A stretch of DNA of 64,000 bases from Camelus ferus. Taxonomy: Eukaryota. Below the pieces are notes generated by a model. It ran no database searches. It saw nothing but the letters and a program-made list of their open reading frames with translations, and was not told where the DNA came from. The stretch lies in the NCBI RefSeq assembly GCF_009834535.1, contig NC_045697.1, forward strand, positions 72,542,001 to 72,606,000, written 5' to 3'. Below, piece after piece: positions 27,026-41,057 of this stretch (the stretch's first letter is position 1; the number at the start of each line of letters is the position of its first letter). The position numbers and the translations under genes were made by a program.

Positions 27026-27312
27026 CTGCGCAAAGGCCTAAACTTGAGTTATCAAAATAGCGGACTGGAGGAGGCACCAGCAAAGACTTTGATCGCCTAT
27101 CAAAAATCCAAGACTTTGGTGATTCCTTTGGCACAGGGTCTTGGGCATTCCGCTCCTTGCACTGAGAAGGCAGGTGGTATCTCTTTTTAGAGGCTGTTCC
27201 AGTCACTTTAGGAGACTTTGGAGAATTCTCACTAGTGACTTCTTTGTGAGCCTCTCTTTTAAGGGTTCTTTCCTTCCATGTTTTGACCTCATTGGAAAGA
27301 TCATGATTATTG
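27026..27312 (-). CDS. CENPE: CENPE tail exon ([18 protein letters not shown]...SPKSPK...[13 protein letters not shown])
   Basis: 287 nt, T-tract then tttaag| ... |gtaggt, phase 2 to 1. Confidence 0.96.
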
Positions 27313-27597
27313 CTTAAATGTGGAGGAAAAAAAAAAAAAAAAAAAGGGAGACCATAAGACTGCAATTCCTGCAATGTGTTCACATTTCAAAAAATTGTAT
27401 AAAAATCGTGGTAAAATATACATAACATATAATTTACCATTCTATCATCGTTATATTTTAACTTCAACCTAATGGCTCCTGTTTGGACATTTCCACAGTT
27501 CAGAAAATGAAATGAGGTCACTATAAATTGGGTAATTGTAGTATATCTCCATAATCATAGAGTTTTGAAAAGAAAGCAGACCATGACATTAGGTTTT

Positions 27598-27742
27598 GGT
27601 TTTTTTTTTTTTTTCTTTCTTTCTTTCATTTGTTTGGGGGGAGGTAATTAGGTTTATTTTTTTAATGGAGGCACTGGGGGTTGAACCCAGGACCTTGTGT
27701 ATGTTAAGCATGTGCTCTACCACTTGAGCTATACCTCCCCCC
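27598..27742 (-). mobile_element. tRNA-derived SINE (camelid Vic-1-like)
   Basis: A and B boxes; TSD gacattaggtttt (27585) / gatattaggtttt (27744). Confidence 0.9.
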
Positions 27743-29021
27743 AGATATTAGGTTTTTAAATGAATTAATTTTACCATAGGGGTTTATCTATTGATAATTT
27801 GTGGGCATAATTTGATAAATTAATCTTCTGGATAGATGGATCTAATGTAATGTACTTTTGTTATTTTAAGAGAAATGATTCATGGTGCTTTTCTGGATTT
27901 CATAGTCTTGCTTCTTATAGGAAATGCCACCAGCATTTTTCTAGGTTCTCCAGAAAGAAACCAGGGCAGCAATGCTAGTGGCCCTTCTCTCCTTTATTTT
28001 CTGTCAGCCACGTCTGTTGATACATATATAATTCACCTTATTTTTATTCCCATTTGCACCATTCTAGTCCATGCCATAATTATCTTTTGCTTTCACAACA
28101 ACAGATCCCTAAATTGTGGCCTCCTATACTGAGATGCTACCTGATCTCATCAGGCCTTGGCTGAAATTCTGCCAGTGGTGACAATCCTTCCATTACGTTT
28201 AAGATACCAAAGGTCCTCAGAATGACCTATAAAGGCCTGTGTAACCTGGACCACTTACCTCTGGCAACTCGTCTTGCACCTCACTCTGTCCTATTTTCTA
28301 TGCCCTGGCCACACTGCATGTCTTTCAGTTCCACCTACTGGCTACTCTTCCTGACTCAGAGCCTGTGCACATGCTGTTCCCTCAGCCTGGAAGGCTCACC
28401 CGCCTCTCCTTTCATCTGGCCTAATTTCTGCTCGTCTTTCACGTCTATTCTTATAGATTGGTCTCCTGACCACCACCCCTCCCCACACCTGCACATGGTC
28501 TGATCCCTTTCATAATGTCCTTTTTGTTGCTCTTTGCTTACAGCACTCATCACAAAGAATTAGTTATTTGTGCAATTATTTGTTTAATGCCTATTTTTCT
28601 TCTTTTGTATCATTGACAAAGATTAGCACAAGATTCTAATCTTTGGTAGAAGCCAAATAATTAAATTTGTTAGAACTGTTTATAAAGTAAAACTAAGTAT
28701 GGGGTTCTTCCTTGAATAAAGGCCTCACTGACCTGGGCACTCGAACTTGTGGTATATTTAAGCTGCCCCTCAAAGATCCTTTTTTTAACTTCCTGGCTCT
28801 TGGCTTAGTTAAAAACAAGTCAGTTGATAGATAGCAAACATCTGGATTGACGCTTTTAAAAAATCACCTTTTAAAAAAGACATAGTACCTGAACTTTAAA
28901 AATTACTTTTTCCATATGTATGAAGGGTTGCCAACTGCAAAAACATTTATGTGTCTATATCATCCTCCTCCAAATGTAACAGTCGTAAGTACAATTTCTG
29001 TATCGCGTAAGCAGATCTTAC

Positions 29022-29205
29022 CTTAATAGTTCATTCTTTTGCTTTATTAGCTGTTCATTTTGCTGCTTTAACTTAGAAACTTCCTTTTCTAGCCGTATAT
29101 ATTCACTTTTCAGAATAAGAGCTTTTGTGCTTTGTACAATGCCGCTGCCACCCCCACAGGTTAAGGGTTTATTTGAAGGCTGAGAATCAGTATGTTCTGA
29201 TACTA
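29022..29205 (-). CDS. CENPE: CENPE exon ([27 protein letters not shown]...KQKNELL)
   Basis: 184 nt, cccatag| ... |gtaaga; conserved GGGSGIV. Confidence 0.95.
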
Positions 29206-30794
29206 CTATGGGAGGCAAAAACACAGATAGGTGATAATTTTAATATTTCCAAAGTTTAAAATCAAGAAAACATTACAAAGGCAATGAGTCACTATAAAAC
29301 CCCAAATATCTCGACCACCATCTCCCTGAAAGTCATCCTTGACTTCCTCCTTCTCTCACATGCCTATTTGATCATTAATTCTAGATGGCACTAGAATCCT
29401 CCTGCCTCTCTCCACCTACCAGCCCACTACTGTGACTCTACAAGGACCGTTCGCCAGGACCGCAGCAGTGAGAGCCCTCCTCAGACAGAGCTGTCCTTCA
29501 CTGATCTTCCCCATCGGTGAGCTCACCTGGAGGGCTTCTTCCTACAGTGTGTGGGGTGCCCGCCGTCACTCAGTGCACTGCAGGAACTCAACACATGCTT
29601 GTTCACTAAATAAACCTTGGCATGTATTACAGTATATATTATTAAGTACTCTGCTCTATGTGTATAAAAGTAATGTAAGGAACTGTTTTGTAACTTTTAG
29701 GTAAATTGCATAAAAATGTGAGTTTCTTATAAAGCAGAATAAGTTACTGACAATTTATAAAAAGAGGGTAATGTGTGTGTGGGTAAGATAGTCAATGACC
29801 ATTTCCTTTTGAATTATGTTGAATTCAGGGACAACATGTACCTAAAAATCATTTACAAATTAAGACTAAAGTCTCCTGGCTCTTCTGTAACAACCAGGAG
29901 CTCTCAGCCCTCTTTTTATCCCGTGGAGGTTTCCAGGTAGGAACTGTGATCATCCTTAATACTATCTCTGTTTTTTTTTTTTAAGTGGACAACAATACAC
30001 ACAAATATCACCTTATGTTTGCTTGACCTTTAGAATTTTCACTGTGCTCACACACATAACTCTTAGTTTGATCCTTAAAACAATTATATACGTGAGCTAG
30101 ATCAGTGCTGCCCCCAGGATTTCACACAGCCATCAAGTGAGGGCAATCAGAGACCTGTCCCTGGCTGCTAGTTCAATGATTGCCCTACTACACAAAGCTG
30201 CCCCAAGCGCTGGTCAGCAATTTCTCTTCTCAAATGTAACACAAGAGATAGAAATATGGAAAAAGGTATAGTTTGAGGGATGGATATGCAGAAATTTGAT
30301 CCTTAGACTAGAAGATTGTACCTAAGATAAATTTCCAAGAGTTTGCAAGTATGCATCAACTTTGTATTTTCAGTATTAAGAACAAGTAGGATATTACTTA
30401 TTTTTACTGTGAACTGATAATATTTTTACTGTGTATATGGTTACAGTCTATTAGGACATGTGCTTGTAGTTTTACTGGGAAGTGTATTTCTACCCTGAGA
30501 TTTAAGCCATTCTGTTACAGTACTGACGGTATCATCACTGTATGTAAGATCTGCTAATGCAAAAGTAAATTCATATTTTCTAAGAATCTATAATGGGTGA
30601 ACAGTTAAGATTAAACTAAGGACATGTCACAGGATAAGTATGAGCCCAATGAATTCATTTGAAAAATAGTTTTTTCTAAATTAGTGATTAACTTAGATTT
30701 ATTCTTGACTGTCACATCTGTAATAGTAGCCTTCAAAATGTACAGGTGTATTGAAGTGAAAGGGAAGGACTGGGAAACAGCATTTTCTACTCAC

Positions 30795-30892
30795 TTGAGG
30801 TATCCTGGGCCTGTTGATTTCTTCTCAGGTTTTCTCTCAATAGCCTTATAACTTCTTTTTGATATTCTACAGTGGCTTTTGTAGAAGCAATT
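30795..30892 (-). CDS. CENPE: CENPE exon ([32 protein letters not shown])
   Basis: 98 nt, taatag| ... |gtgagt. Confidence 0.95.
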
Positions 30893-32301
30893 CTATTAAG
30901 AACAACAACAGAAATACGTAAAAGCCCAGGAACTAATTTTTAATGAAGGAATAAACACAGCTGCTGTCAAGAACTTTCTAGTAAGATATATCACATCAAC
31001 GTCATACCCACGGGTATCCACAGGTGGCAGCAGAAAAGCCCTGATGCCCTCCTGGTATCATGCACCTAACAGCTACAACACCATCAAATTGGAAGTATTC
31101 TGTTTGGTTGCTGGGGCAACTTTTTGACGTTGAGAAACGAATCCTTTCAAAATTTCTGGAAGCCCAATAGCTATTAATGGGACATTGAGCAAAATTATAT
31201 TTGGGGGCACCGTAAAACAAATACTTGGTCTGCTACCATGAGGTCCTAGAAACACCTTGAAGGTACAATTACCAGAGCATGAAAGCAAAAAGCAGCTTCC
31301 TTTCTACATTGTCAGGAAAGCAAACCCTAGCTGCAGCTCTGGTCTAAGGTGATACAGTCAAAGGTCAAATGCTGCTCATTGTTCCCTGGTAGAAAGAGAT
31401 ATTTTATGAATTGTTTGCTTAAGCATTAATCAGCAGTGATAAATTAAGAGACACTCTGCCTTTCTTAGAGACTAACAGTATCTGCTGATTCTTTTCTATA
31501 AGTAAAATTACTTTTTATAATGAAGATCTTATCACCGGAAGACTGGTTAGAATGAATGAAGATTCAGAGTGCTACATTTTAGGCAAAATTAGATATCATC
31601 AATAAATATTTATTAAAGATTTATAGGAGGAATAAAAAGCGTTAGGAGCCAGAAGGCATCTTAAGAAATCCCCTAATACAAATCTATCCTTTTTCGTTTA
31701 TGAATGTGAGGCCCAGAGAGATCAAAGAGCTTGTGTAAGGTGAAATACTAATTAGTGGCAACATTATATTTCTAATTTAGTTTCCCTGACTTTCTGCCTA
31801 ATGTTCTTTCCATTATGCTATACCACAAAGAATTTTAGGCATGCTATTATGTATAGTAAATAAATCAATAAAAGAGGATCTGCTCTTGGGCACTAGGGAT
31901 TATAATTTAAAAGGAAATACAACTTTTACACAAAACCACAACAGGAAGAACAAATAAAATTAAGAGAACCAACAGAAACCTTAGTCGAACTGCTAACAAA
32001 ACACACACACGTTCTTAACACTCACTTTCAAGCATAAAAAGGCCATTTTAAAGTTATTTATATATGCTTGAGCGAGAAGCTTCCAAAGACATAGTGTTAG
32101 TAATTAATCAGAATCATGCTTATTTTAAAACTTCTGCATATGTAATGGAAATTTAATAAATTTATGTGAATGTCTGTATTTATTTTTTAAAAAGCAATAT
32201 TTTCATATATTTTAAAAAGTTAACTAATGCAAAGAAATTTATATTGTTTCTAAAGGAAATTTAAGCTATTAAAGTCATGTTCAGTTAAGGCAAAGACGTA
32301 C

Positions 32302-32414
32302 TCCTTTTCAAACTCCTTGGCAGTTTTCATCTTCTCTAGGTCTGTTTTCACCAGCTTTGTTTTGAGATCTTCAATTTCTTCTTTATAGGGCTTAGCTCCT
32401 AAAGCAACTTTGTC
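32302..32414 (-). CDS. CENPE: CENPE exon (DKVALGAKPYKEEIEDLKTKLVKTDLEKMKTAKEFEK)
   Basis: 113 nt, aattag| ... |gtacgt. Confidence 0.95.
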
Positions 32415-32924
32415 CTAATTTTTTAAAGAAGAGAAAAATAAAATAATTTTAAAGCAATTTCAAAGAGCTTTTAACTGCCCTGAGATCTAGTAGAATATTT
32501 TAAAACAGCAATCTCCAAATATATGAAAAGCACAAATTTTAACCCTAAAATGAATAGATATTTTGATGTGAAATATATCTGAAGCTATTAGAAGCTAATA
32601 TGTACTTAGAGAACATATGATTTTTCTCATAAAGAACATACGATTCTTAAAACAAATTTTGTTCCCAATTTAAAACCAATCTACCTGAACACATGAAACA
32701 AAGGTTGAAAATAATGAAATGGGTAGACAAAGGTCAATCCAAAAAATAAAAACATGTCAGAACAGCAATATAAATATCAACGTAGAACTGAATTTAAGGC
32801 ACAAAGTATTATGTAGCAGTGTTGAGGGTATTTTGTGGTCAAAGATACAACCCAGTGATATAAATATATCTACTTTCCACTCAGAGAAAAGATATCCACA
32901 TCCACATACATATATAAATCTTTT

Positions 32925-34640
32925 TTTAGTGAATAGATTTCATTTTTAGAGTAATCTCAGGCTTACAGAAAAACTGAGCAGAGTGTACACAGAGTTCCCA
33001 AATACTGTTACGTCCCCCAACTCCAACATTCCCTGTTACTGAAATCTTATATTAGTGTGGTATATTTGTTACAAATGATAAGCCAATGTTGATATATTAT
33101 TAACTAAAGTTCATAGTTTAATAATAGGGCTTATTATTTGTATTATATATGTTAACTATGGGTTATTATTTGTGTTACATAGTTAGGGCTTATTATTTGT
33201 ATTATATAGTTAACTGTGGAGTTTGACTAGTGTATAATGACATGTATCACTACTGCATCACACAGAATAGTTTCACTGCCTTAAAAATTCCCTGTGCTCC
33301 ACCTACCTATCCTTCCCTCCCTCCCCTTGAACTGTTGGCTATTATCGATCTTTTTATTGTTACCTTAATTTTGCCTTTTCCAGAATGTCATATGGTTGGA
33401 AGCATACATTATATAGCCTTTTCAGATTGGCTTCTTTTAATTAACAATATGCCTTTAAGATTTCCTCCAGATCTTTTTGTGGCTTGATAGCTCTTTTCTT
33501 ATTGCTGAATAAAGTGTTCTTTTTATTGCTCCACCACAGCCACACAATGGAATATTACCAGATACTGAATACAAAAATAAACCCATCTAAATAGGGACCC
33601 TATTTCTCTAGGCTTTCCCACACCAATCCTCATAAAAACATCTGCACACATACAAGGACCAGCAAAGACTAAGAAGATGCAAAGCTTCTAAAAATGGCAG
33701 ATGCTTAAGGAGGTTGATGAACCCACTGTTTGCTCAGTCACAGCACCAGTTCAATACCTAGGCCTTCTGGACCAGGCACTCATATCAGGGACTCCTTGAG
33801 CATGTGACTGGCTCAAGTGGTGTCAGTTTTGCAAGAAATTGCCAGACTGTCTTCCAAAGTAGCTGTACTGTTTGCATTCCCACCATGATAAATGAGCATT
33901 CCTGCTGCTCCACAACCTCACCAGCATTAAGTGTTGTCAGTGTTTTGAATTTTGGCCATTATGGTATTTTGAGATACCATAGGTGTGTAGTGCTATTCTC
34001 GTGGTTTTGATTTTCAATTCTCTAATGACATGATGTTGAGTATCTTTTCATATGCTTATTTGTTGTATGTTTACCTTCTTTGGTAAGGTATCTATTCAGA
34101 TTCATTATCTATTTTTTGATCAGGTTGTTTGTTTTCTTATTTTATTGAGTTTTAAGAATTCTTTGTATATTTTGGATAACAGTTCTTTATCAGATATGTT
34201 TTGCAAAAAATTTTCTACCAGTCTGTTGCTTATCTTTCACAGAGTGAATGTTTTTAATTTAAATGAAGTCCAACTTATCAATTTTTTTCTTTCATGGATT
34301 TTTTCCCTTTTTCTCTCTCGGTGTCGTGTCTAAAAAAGTCACCATTAAACCCAAGGTCAGCTAGCTTTTCTCCTATGTAATCTTCTAAGAGTTTCCTAGT
34401 TTTGTGTTTTACATTTATGATCAGTTGAATTAATTTTTTGAAAGCTGTAAGGTCTGTGTCAAACCTTGTTTTTTTGCTCGTGGATGTAAAACTGGTCCAG
34501 CATTTTCAGTTGGTAAGATTTTCCTTTACTGTTGAACCATTGAATTACCGTTGCTCTTTTGTCAAAGATCAGTTGACTATATTTGTGTGGTTCTATTTCT
34601 GAGCTCTCTATTCTATTCCATTGACCTATTTGTCTATTTA
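32925..34640 (-). mobile_element. L1MC/L1MD-like fragment with internal rearrangement
   Basis: Reverse L1 3' sequence, interrupted at about 33510-33800. Confidence 0.8.
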
Positions 34641-35719
34641 CTGTTTTAAAAGTTCAAAGAACTCTAAAAACAATTATCCATTTATGATAACAAAAATAAA
34701 ATTTTAATGTATTCTAAACATGCAGAAATTATAGTAGCTTTTTACCACAATAAATTAGTCATATATAACATTGTTTAAAGTAATTTTTATGTAAAAAAAT
34801 AAAACAAAATTGGAAATACTGTCTCAGAAAGACAGTAAGAACTCCATATTTCAAACATATGGCATGTGACCAAAGCTGTACTCAAAAAATACCAATAACC
34901 TTAATTTCTCTAATATACAGAAAACAAAAGTTCTTATTAACATCACCTATTTATTACCTGTATTTTAGATGAATTCTATTAAGAAACTTTCCTTGCTCTA
35001 CCAGACAAAGAATTCTTTTGAAAGTTTAAACTGAATTACATTAAATTTAGAAACTAATTTGGGATGTACAGTATTTAGGTTCCAAAATAGGAAATGGCAT
35101 GTTTCTTATTTTAAACCACGTGTTCTCCTATATTTCTTTTCAAAGTTTTGCTGTGCCTTTCATATATGTTGCTCTCATCTTTTGTTTAGTCTTTCAAGCA
35201 TTTTATTTTAGATTCTGTGGCCATAAATTATAAGATTTCTTTCCTTTCGTGTAGGATGTCCATAAAGTTCTAGTGTAGTTTAAAGTTTTAACAAATTCAC
35301 TGCTACTTGATATAAACAATTTGTAAAGATACAACAGAGGAAAAGTATAAAGATTTAAACAAAACTGTTACTGATTCATTTGTTCAAATTACTTTGTTCT
35401 ATGTTCAATTAATAAATGCTACATTATATTGGACAGGTGTTTTCAAATAGTGGTAAATAGGTTAAAAGTATCTTTGCATTTTTATTATGCTGTCTTGAGT
35501 TAAATATAGTCTATTGCATTTTATAGAATATTTATATAATATACAGAAACACATTTAAAAAATCCAAACTGTATAAAGATTTTATGGATACCTTGTATTT
35601 TGCTCTCTTTCCCCATGGGTGCTGTCCAATGCCAGACCCCAGTACATTATCTAAATGGTTACTTGTGCTGTGCAGGAAGATGCTCCTATCTCCACAATAC
35701 AGGTATCAATCTATACTGA

Positions 35720-37146
35720 ATGAGAAGATGTTTGTCACTCACTCCCTCTTACCTGAAGCACTTTCTTCACATATGTGAGGACGCTGGAACCACTGTCTCT
35801 TACCCCCCTGACATCCCACTCCCCTTTCTCTTTTCCTCACGCCTGCTCCATCTCAGTATCTTTCGGTTACTCCACATCTCTTCTCCATCATGCTCATGAC
35901 CTTGTCGAGTCTCATGACCCTTATATGCTGATAAATCCCGAAACTTATATATCTCAAGTCTAGACCTCTCTCTCTTAGACTCATATATCCAACTGCCTAA
36001 GTCATATCTCAACTTGGGTGCCCCCAGTGGGTATTTCAAATTCAATGTGTTCAAAATGGAACTGTGAATCTGCTCCCATGGTTTCAAACTTCCTTTCTGG
36101 CTGTCTTTTCTGTCTCCATAAATGGCAAGTCCATTCTTCCAGTCTCACAGGCCAAAAACTAGGGAAATCATCTCTGACTCCAAGAAATATGAGAGGAAAA
36201 GATATGTGCCATTTCCAGGCAGGAGCCCGTAAGAATAGAGATTTTAAGGTAATTTTTAGCTTCTCCATCTTGCCCCTTTCCTGTGAGCCTGAGCATAGAC
36301 AGCTTACAGCTTGGCTTTAACCTCGCAGATGAAAACAGCACCCAATCAGGTGGTGGAGAAACAAGACAGGAGAAATGTGGGCTCTGAATGGTCACGTGGA
36401 ATGGAGTCACCTGCCAACCTGGAATTCACGCTTTTATGTGAGACAGAGAAGCATCTATCTTGTTTGAGCCATTGCATTTTTGGTCCCCTTTGTTACAGCA
36501 GCTGGCGTGCCACTCTAACAAACACATCATCCTGGATTCTATCTTCAAAGGGCAGTTAAAAAAAATTAAGTCAGACCATAATATCCTTTAGCCAAAATCC
36601 CCTGATGACTTCCCATTTCACTCAGAATAGGAACCAAAGTAGCCTGCAAGATCCCTTACAATTTGATGCTCTGTTATGTCTCACCTGTTTCCCACCTCTA
36701 TCCCCTTGCTCACTCTGCTCCAGAGACAATGGCTTTCTGTGGTTTCTTAAATATCTAGACTGTTTCTGTGCTGGGGCCTTGGCATTCACTATTTTCTTTG
36801 CTTAGAAGGCCCTCCTCTACCACATCGCTCACCCCATCACTTCACATCACCTTAAAGGTGTGGCTCTCCCCAACTCCCCTTATAAAACCACATCTCTTTC
36901 CCTCACACCCCTACTTTCACCCACTATCCATGTACCCTCATCTGGCTTAATGTTTTTCCATTGCACTTTTCAGTATTTGACACACACAGATACTGCTTTA
37001 TTTTCTGTCTTCCTGAAATAGAATGTAAGCTCCTTGAAGGAAGGGGGAAGTTTATTTTTTTCCCCATTGCTGTACACATGGCATTGAGAACAATGACCAA
37101 CACACACACAGCAACAAATGCCCAACAAATATTTGTTGAATGAATA
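35720..37146 (+). mobile_element. L2 element interrupted by a MaLR LTR (MLT1-like, about 36190-36525)
   Basis: L2 body and tail aatatttgttgaatgaat; MLT1 end tgtttgagccattgcattt...ttgttacagcagc. Confidence 0.75.
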
Positions 37147-37959
37147 AAAATATGGTCATTTAATTATTTGAAATATTAAAAAAGTACTCTAAAAGTTCTA
37201 AAGCTTCACAGTCGATTTTCTTGGTTTTTAGTTATGCCAACAATTGTCGAAAAACAAAACAGATCTTCTTCTTGCCTTGCTGTTTCATGTCTCATTGAAT
37301 AAACCCGAATTTTTAGAACAATGTAAAATAATGGAAAAAACAGATATCCTTGATTTGTTTCTAATTTTAACTGGAATGAAGAGACACTGGAGCAAGAATA
37401 GCAACAAATGCCTATCAGGGTTGGATGCAAATAGCAGAAGTGTGAGAAGTGGCTGGGCTGAAACAAAAGGGAGTTGGAAGGATGTGATGAATGAGAGTGT
37501 GACATGTGTAATGGCATTTAAGGTCAAACACATTTATACTACTGTTCTTTATAAAGAAAATAGGACAGAATCAGCCAAAGGCTAGCAGGTGGGACTCAAT
37601 AACAGAGGATTAAGCAGAAGAAAAGAGAATTTTAAGATGTAAGAATGTTAAATATTTGGATAGAAAGCTTTTTTAATGAGAAATAAAAAATATACATTTT
37701 AAACTATAAAGAATAATATTTATATGTTAATTAAAAATACTTTTTCTAGGAAGATAAAAATCATTATTTTGAATAAAAATATACTCCTGCACTTCAGTTC
37801 TAAGTTGTCACTTGCTTTTTTTAAAGCTTGAGTACTGAACTTCAGGTATTCGTAGATAACAGGAAGTTGAAGTAAATGATGAGTCCCAAATTATCTGCCA
37901 ACTACAACAGTAAGGGAAAAAAAAACACATTTATTTATAAAATGAGTTTGTTAAATTAC

Positions 37960-38145
37960 CTGAAGTACTTGGATCACTTCTTTTGTTTCTTCAAGGCATT
38001 TATTTGATTCATTAAGTTGTGCTTGAAGTTTTGCTATTATGTCATTAGTCATCTCAAGTTCTTTCTGCATCTTTGTAATCTTGCTTTCCTTATGTACAGC
38101 ACTTTCTTTAGCTTCACGGAGTGAAGTTTCCAGCTCTTGAATTTT
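37960..38145 (-). CDS. CENPE: CENPE exon (KIQELETSLREAKES...EVIQVLQ)
   Basis: 186 nt, ctaatag| ... |gtaatt, phase 0. Confidence 0.95.
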
Positions 38146-38464
38146 CTATTAGAAAAAGCACGCATGTATAAGATCTGCCATGTAGACAGAGTCATAGTTT
38201 ATAAGTTTAAGACAAAGATAATCATATATAGGTATTAATTTTCACAGACTGCATTAACAAAGGATAGAAAAGAGAAGCCAAGTGTCACTCAATTTACACA
38301 TGTATTACTTTTTTCATTTAGAAGCTGATGGTTCTTGGATTAAAAAATGCCCAAATTTTACATTTTAAGGTTTAGTGTTTATTTTATTTACTAGTCAGCA
38401 TGGTGCGAGGCATATTAAATAGGCACTCACGTTTTAAATTAATACTACTTAAAGTACATTTGAT

Positions 38465-38601
38465 GGGGGAAGCTATAGCTCAGTGATAGAGCGGGTGCTT
38501 AGCATGCACAAGGTACTGGGTTCAATACCCAGTACCTCCGTTAAAATAAATAATAATAAATAAATAAACCTAATTACCTCCCCCACAAAAGACTAAAAAA
38601 A
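38465..38601 (+). mobile_element. tRNA-derived SINE (camelid Vic-1-like)
   Basis: tagctcagtgatagag A box, gggttcaatacc B box, perfect 14-bp TSD aaagtacatttgat (38451 and 38602) at a TT/AAAG site. Confidence 0.93.
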
Positions 38602-40303
38602 AAAGTACATTTGATAATTAGCTCTTTAAGGTAACACATGTAGCATATTTTTTCCTTTATTTTTATTACCTAGTGTTCAACTTCAGTATGTGGAAAATTG
38701 AACAGTATTTGATGAAGAGTCAGTTTCCCCACCTCAGAACCCCAGCTGACCCTGAAGCAATGATTATTAAACTCTTGCAGGGGTATTCTTCTAGAAGTTT
38801 TCTATGTGTATCTAAGCATAAGTGAGTATTCAGTTCATAAATATGCTGATCATACACCCAGTAGGAACATACTAAATATATAGTTCTGCTTAAAAAAAAA
38901 AAGACAATATATTGTCCAGATCTTTCCATTATCAATACACATAGATCTCTCACATTTTTGTTTTAATGGATACATACATCTAATTTCAAGGAAATTGACT
39001 ACTAATGAACATTAAAGTTATTTCCAGTTTTTTCCAAGTACAAAAATACCTGAATTTAAATACCTAACTTTGTTCATATTTATAAGATTATTCACATACA
39101 CACATATGCAGGTTTTACTGGAAAATGTGTTTCTTTTTGGCCTACTCAGAACTTACTTTTGTTTAATGAGTGAGGCAGAAATCCAGACATTTTTTTCCAG
39201 TTAGCTAGCTTGCTGTTCTGAATCAAACATTAAGTAAATCATCTTTTCCCCACTGAGTTTACCATTATCATACACTAAACCCTCAGACTTATTTGGGTTT
39301 ACTGCTGAGCAGGTTTTATTCCCATGCTCTGTTTGTCTATTTCTGCATCATTACCAAACTACTCTCCTTATCTATTCCTGCATCATTACCACACTACCGT
39401 AATTTAGCATAATTATCAAACTAATAGCATATTATTTGTTTATATGATAGGTCACTTTCTGGGTCACCTCTGTTTCTTTATCTTATTGCTGTGGTAGATG
39501 GGTTTCAAATGTCCACAATTTTACCTCTGCCAGCTGACTGATGTCTGCAGTGATCAGCAAATCAATAAACTATACACTAGTGACCTTCTAGTTTCCACTG
39601 GTAATTATTAAATTAATGGTTGATGTTTTATTATAAGTGTTTATTTTGGTAAAAATGAGAAATTATAATTTACTCTTGGGTTCCCCACTAAGTCATTTTG
39701 TGTGCTAACAAAATTAAATAGCATTATTGCTTTACAGATTCCCAAGTAAGGGTAGTTGATAAAGTAACTGGATCATTCAAATAACATACTGATTTTTGGA
39801 TACAGGTTAATCTGCTTAAGAAATCTGTTGTATTTTTAGCCTCTTCTATTTTTAATTCAATTAAAATATTAACCAATATTAAAAACACTGATGACAGTTA
39901 GAGAAAAGCTAAATTGCTCTTTTCCCCTAAGCTAGATCTGTACATAGACACAGATTATCGTTTAATAGAAAGTAACATGATTTAGGAAACATACTGTATG
40001 GTAATAATACCTTAAGTGATGTAGGTACCTACTAATCAAATTAAGCTATGAGCTACTTCTGTTTCATAATCTAAAGGGGAGGTCTTAGATCATGTCTAGC
40101 TTTATAATTAGTTGAATGATGGTCACAATATTTAAAAAACAAGCCCATTACACATACACAAAGATGGTCGCATGTTCCTTAACACATTCAATACTACAAT
40201 TTTTCTCTGAAATGTTATATATAAATGTTATATAAGATGTTAAGTGCATTTAACTCTGTGGTGAAGCTGCAAATTGGAAAACATCTTATAAGAAAGTACA
40301 AAC

Positions 40304-40522
40304 CTCTGTGGCTTGCTGTGTAGCTCTTGATGTAACATGAAGATTCTTATCATCTTGTGTAGTAGGATTAACAAGGGCACCAGAAGTCAGGGAGATCCTC
40401 AAAGTTTGGAAGTCTTTAAACAGTTTTTCATTATTCTCTTTCATTGATTTTAGATCATGTTCCCATTCTTTGCCTATGGTAGCATTTCTTTCTTCAAACT
40501 CTGTTGACTCATTCATTATGGC
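40304..40522 (-). CDS. CENPE: CENPE exon (AIMNESTEFEERN...SRATQQATE)
   Basis: 219 nt, caatag| ... |gtttgt. Confidence 0.95.
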
Positions 40523-41057
40523 CTATTGGATAGTAAAAACACCATTATAGGTGTAAAATGAATTACATATTAAAGAAAAATACTCTGAAAATACTAGAAT
40601 TCTAGGACAAGGCATATGCTGAAATTCATTATTCAGAACATTTTAAAACAGCTTGTCTAGGGATTTCCCACAGTTGCTGCCTATAACCGTGAAATAGGCT
40701 CACGTCTCACCTTGTCTGATGCTACTTGGGGAAAAGGATGTCCCTACAGAAGCAGTGAGAAGTGAGAAAGGAAAGAGGAGAATGGCAAAAAGATTCCAGA
40801 TTCCACAAGAGGAAACTGATTGTTACACACCAAGATTTTGTTATCTTCTCTACAAGTATAAATAAGTATTTAATTTTCCTAATACATTAGATAGAGGTAG
40901 GAGATGTTTTACAGAGTCAGTTTTTTCACAGAGCATATACAAATTAAAAAAAAATACTTAAAAGTAAGTTGCTCTAAGTTCTTTTATGAATGAGGTAGAA
41001 AAAATAAAGCAGACAACAACAAAAAGAAAGAGGTAGCACTAGAAAATTATTACTTAC

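Noticed and set aside
37244..37585. 113-aa plus-strand ORF
   Set aside because: No recognisable homology or supporting gene structure; partly resembles degraded L1.
38465..38540. tRNA gene (A and B boxes)
   Set aside because: Followed by a SINE body and A-rich tail with TSD, with related copies at 18405 and 27598; it is a SINE head.
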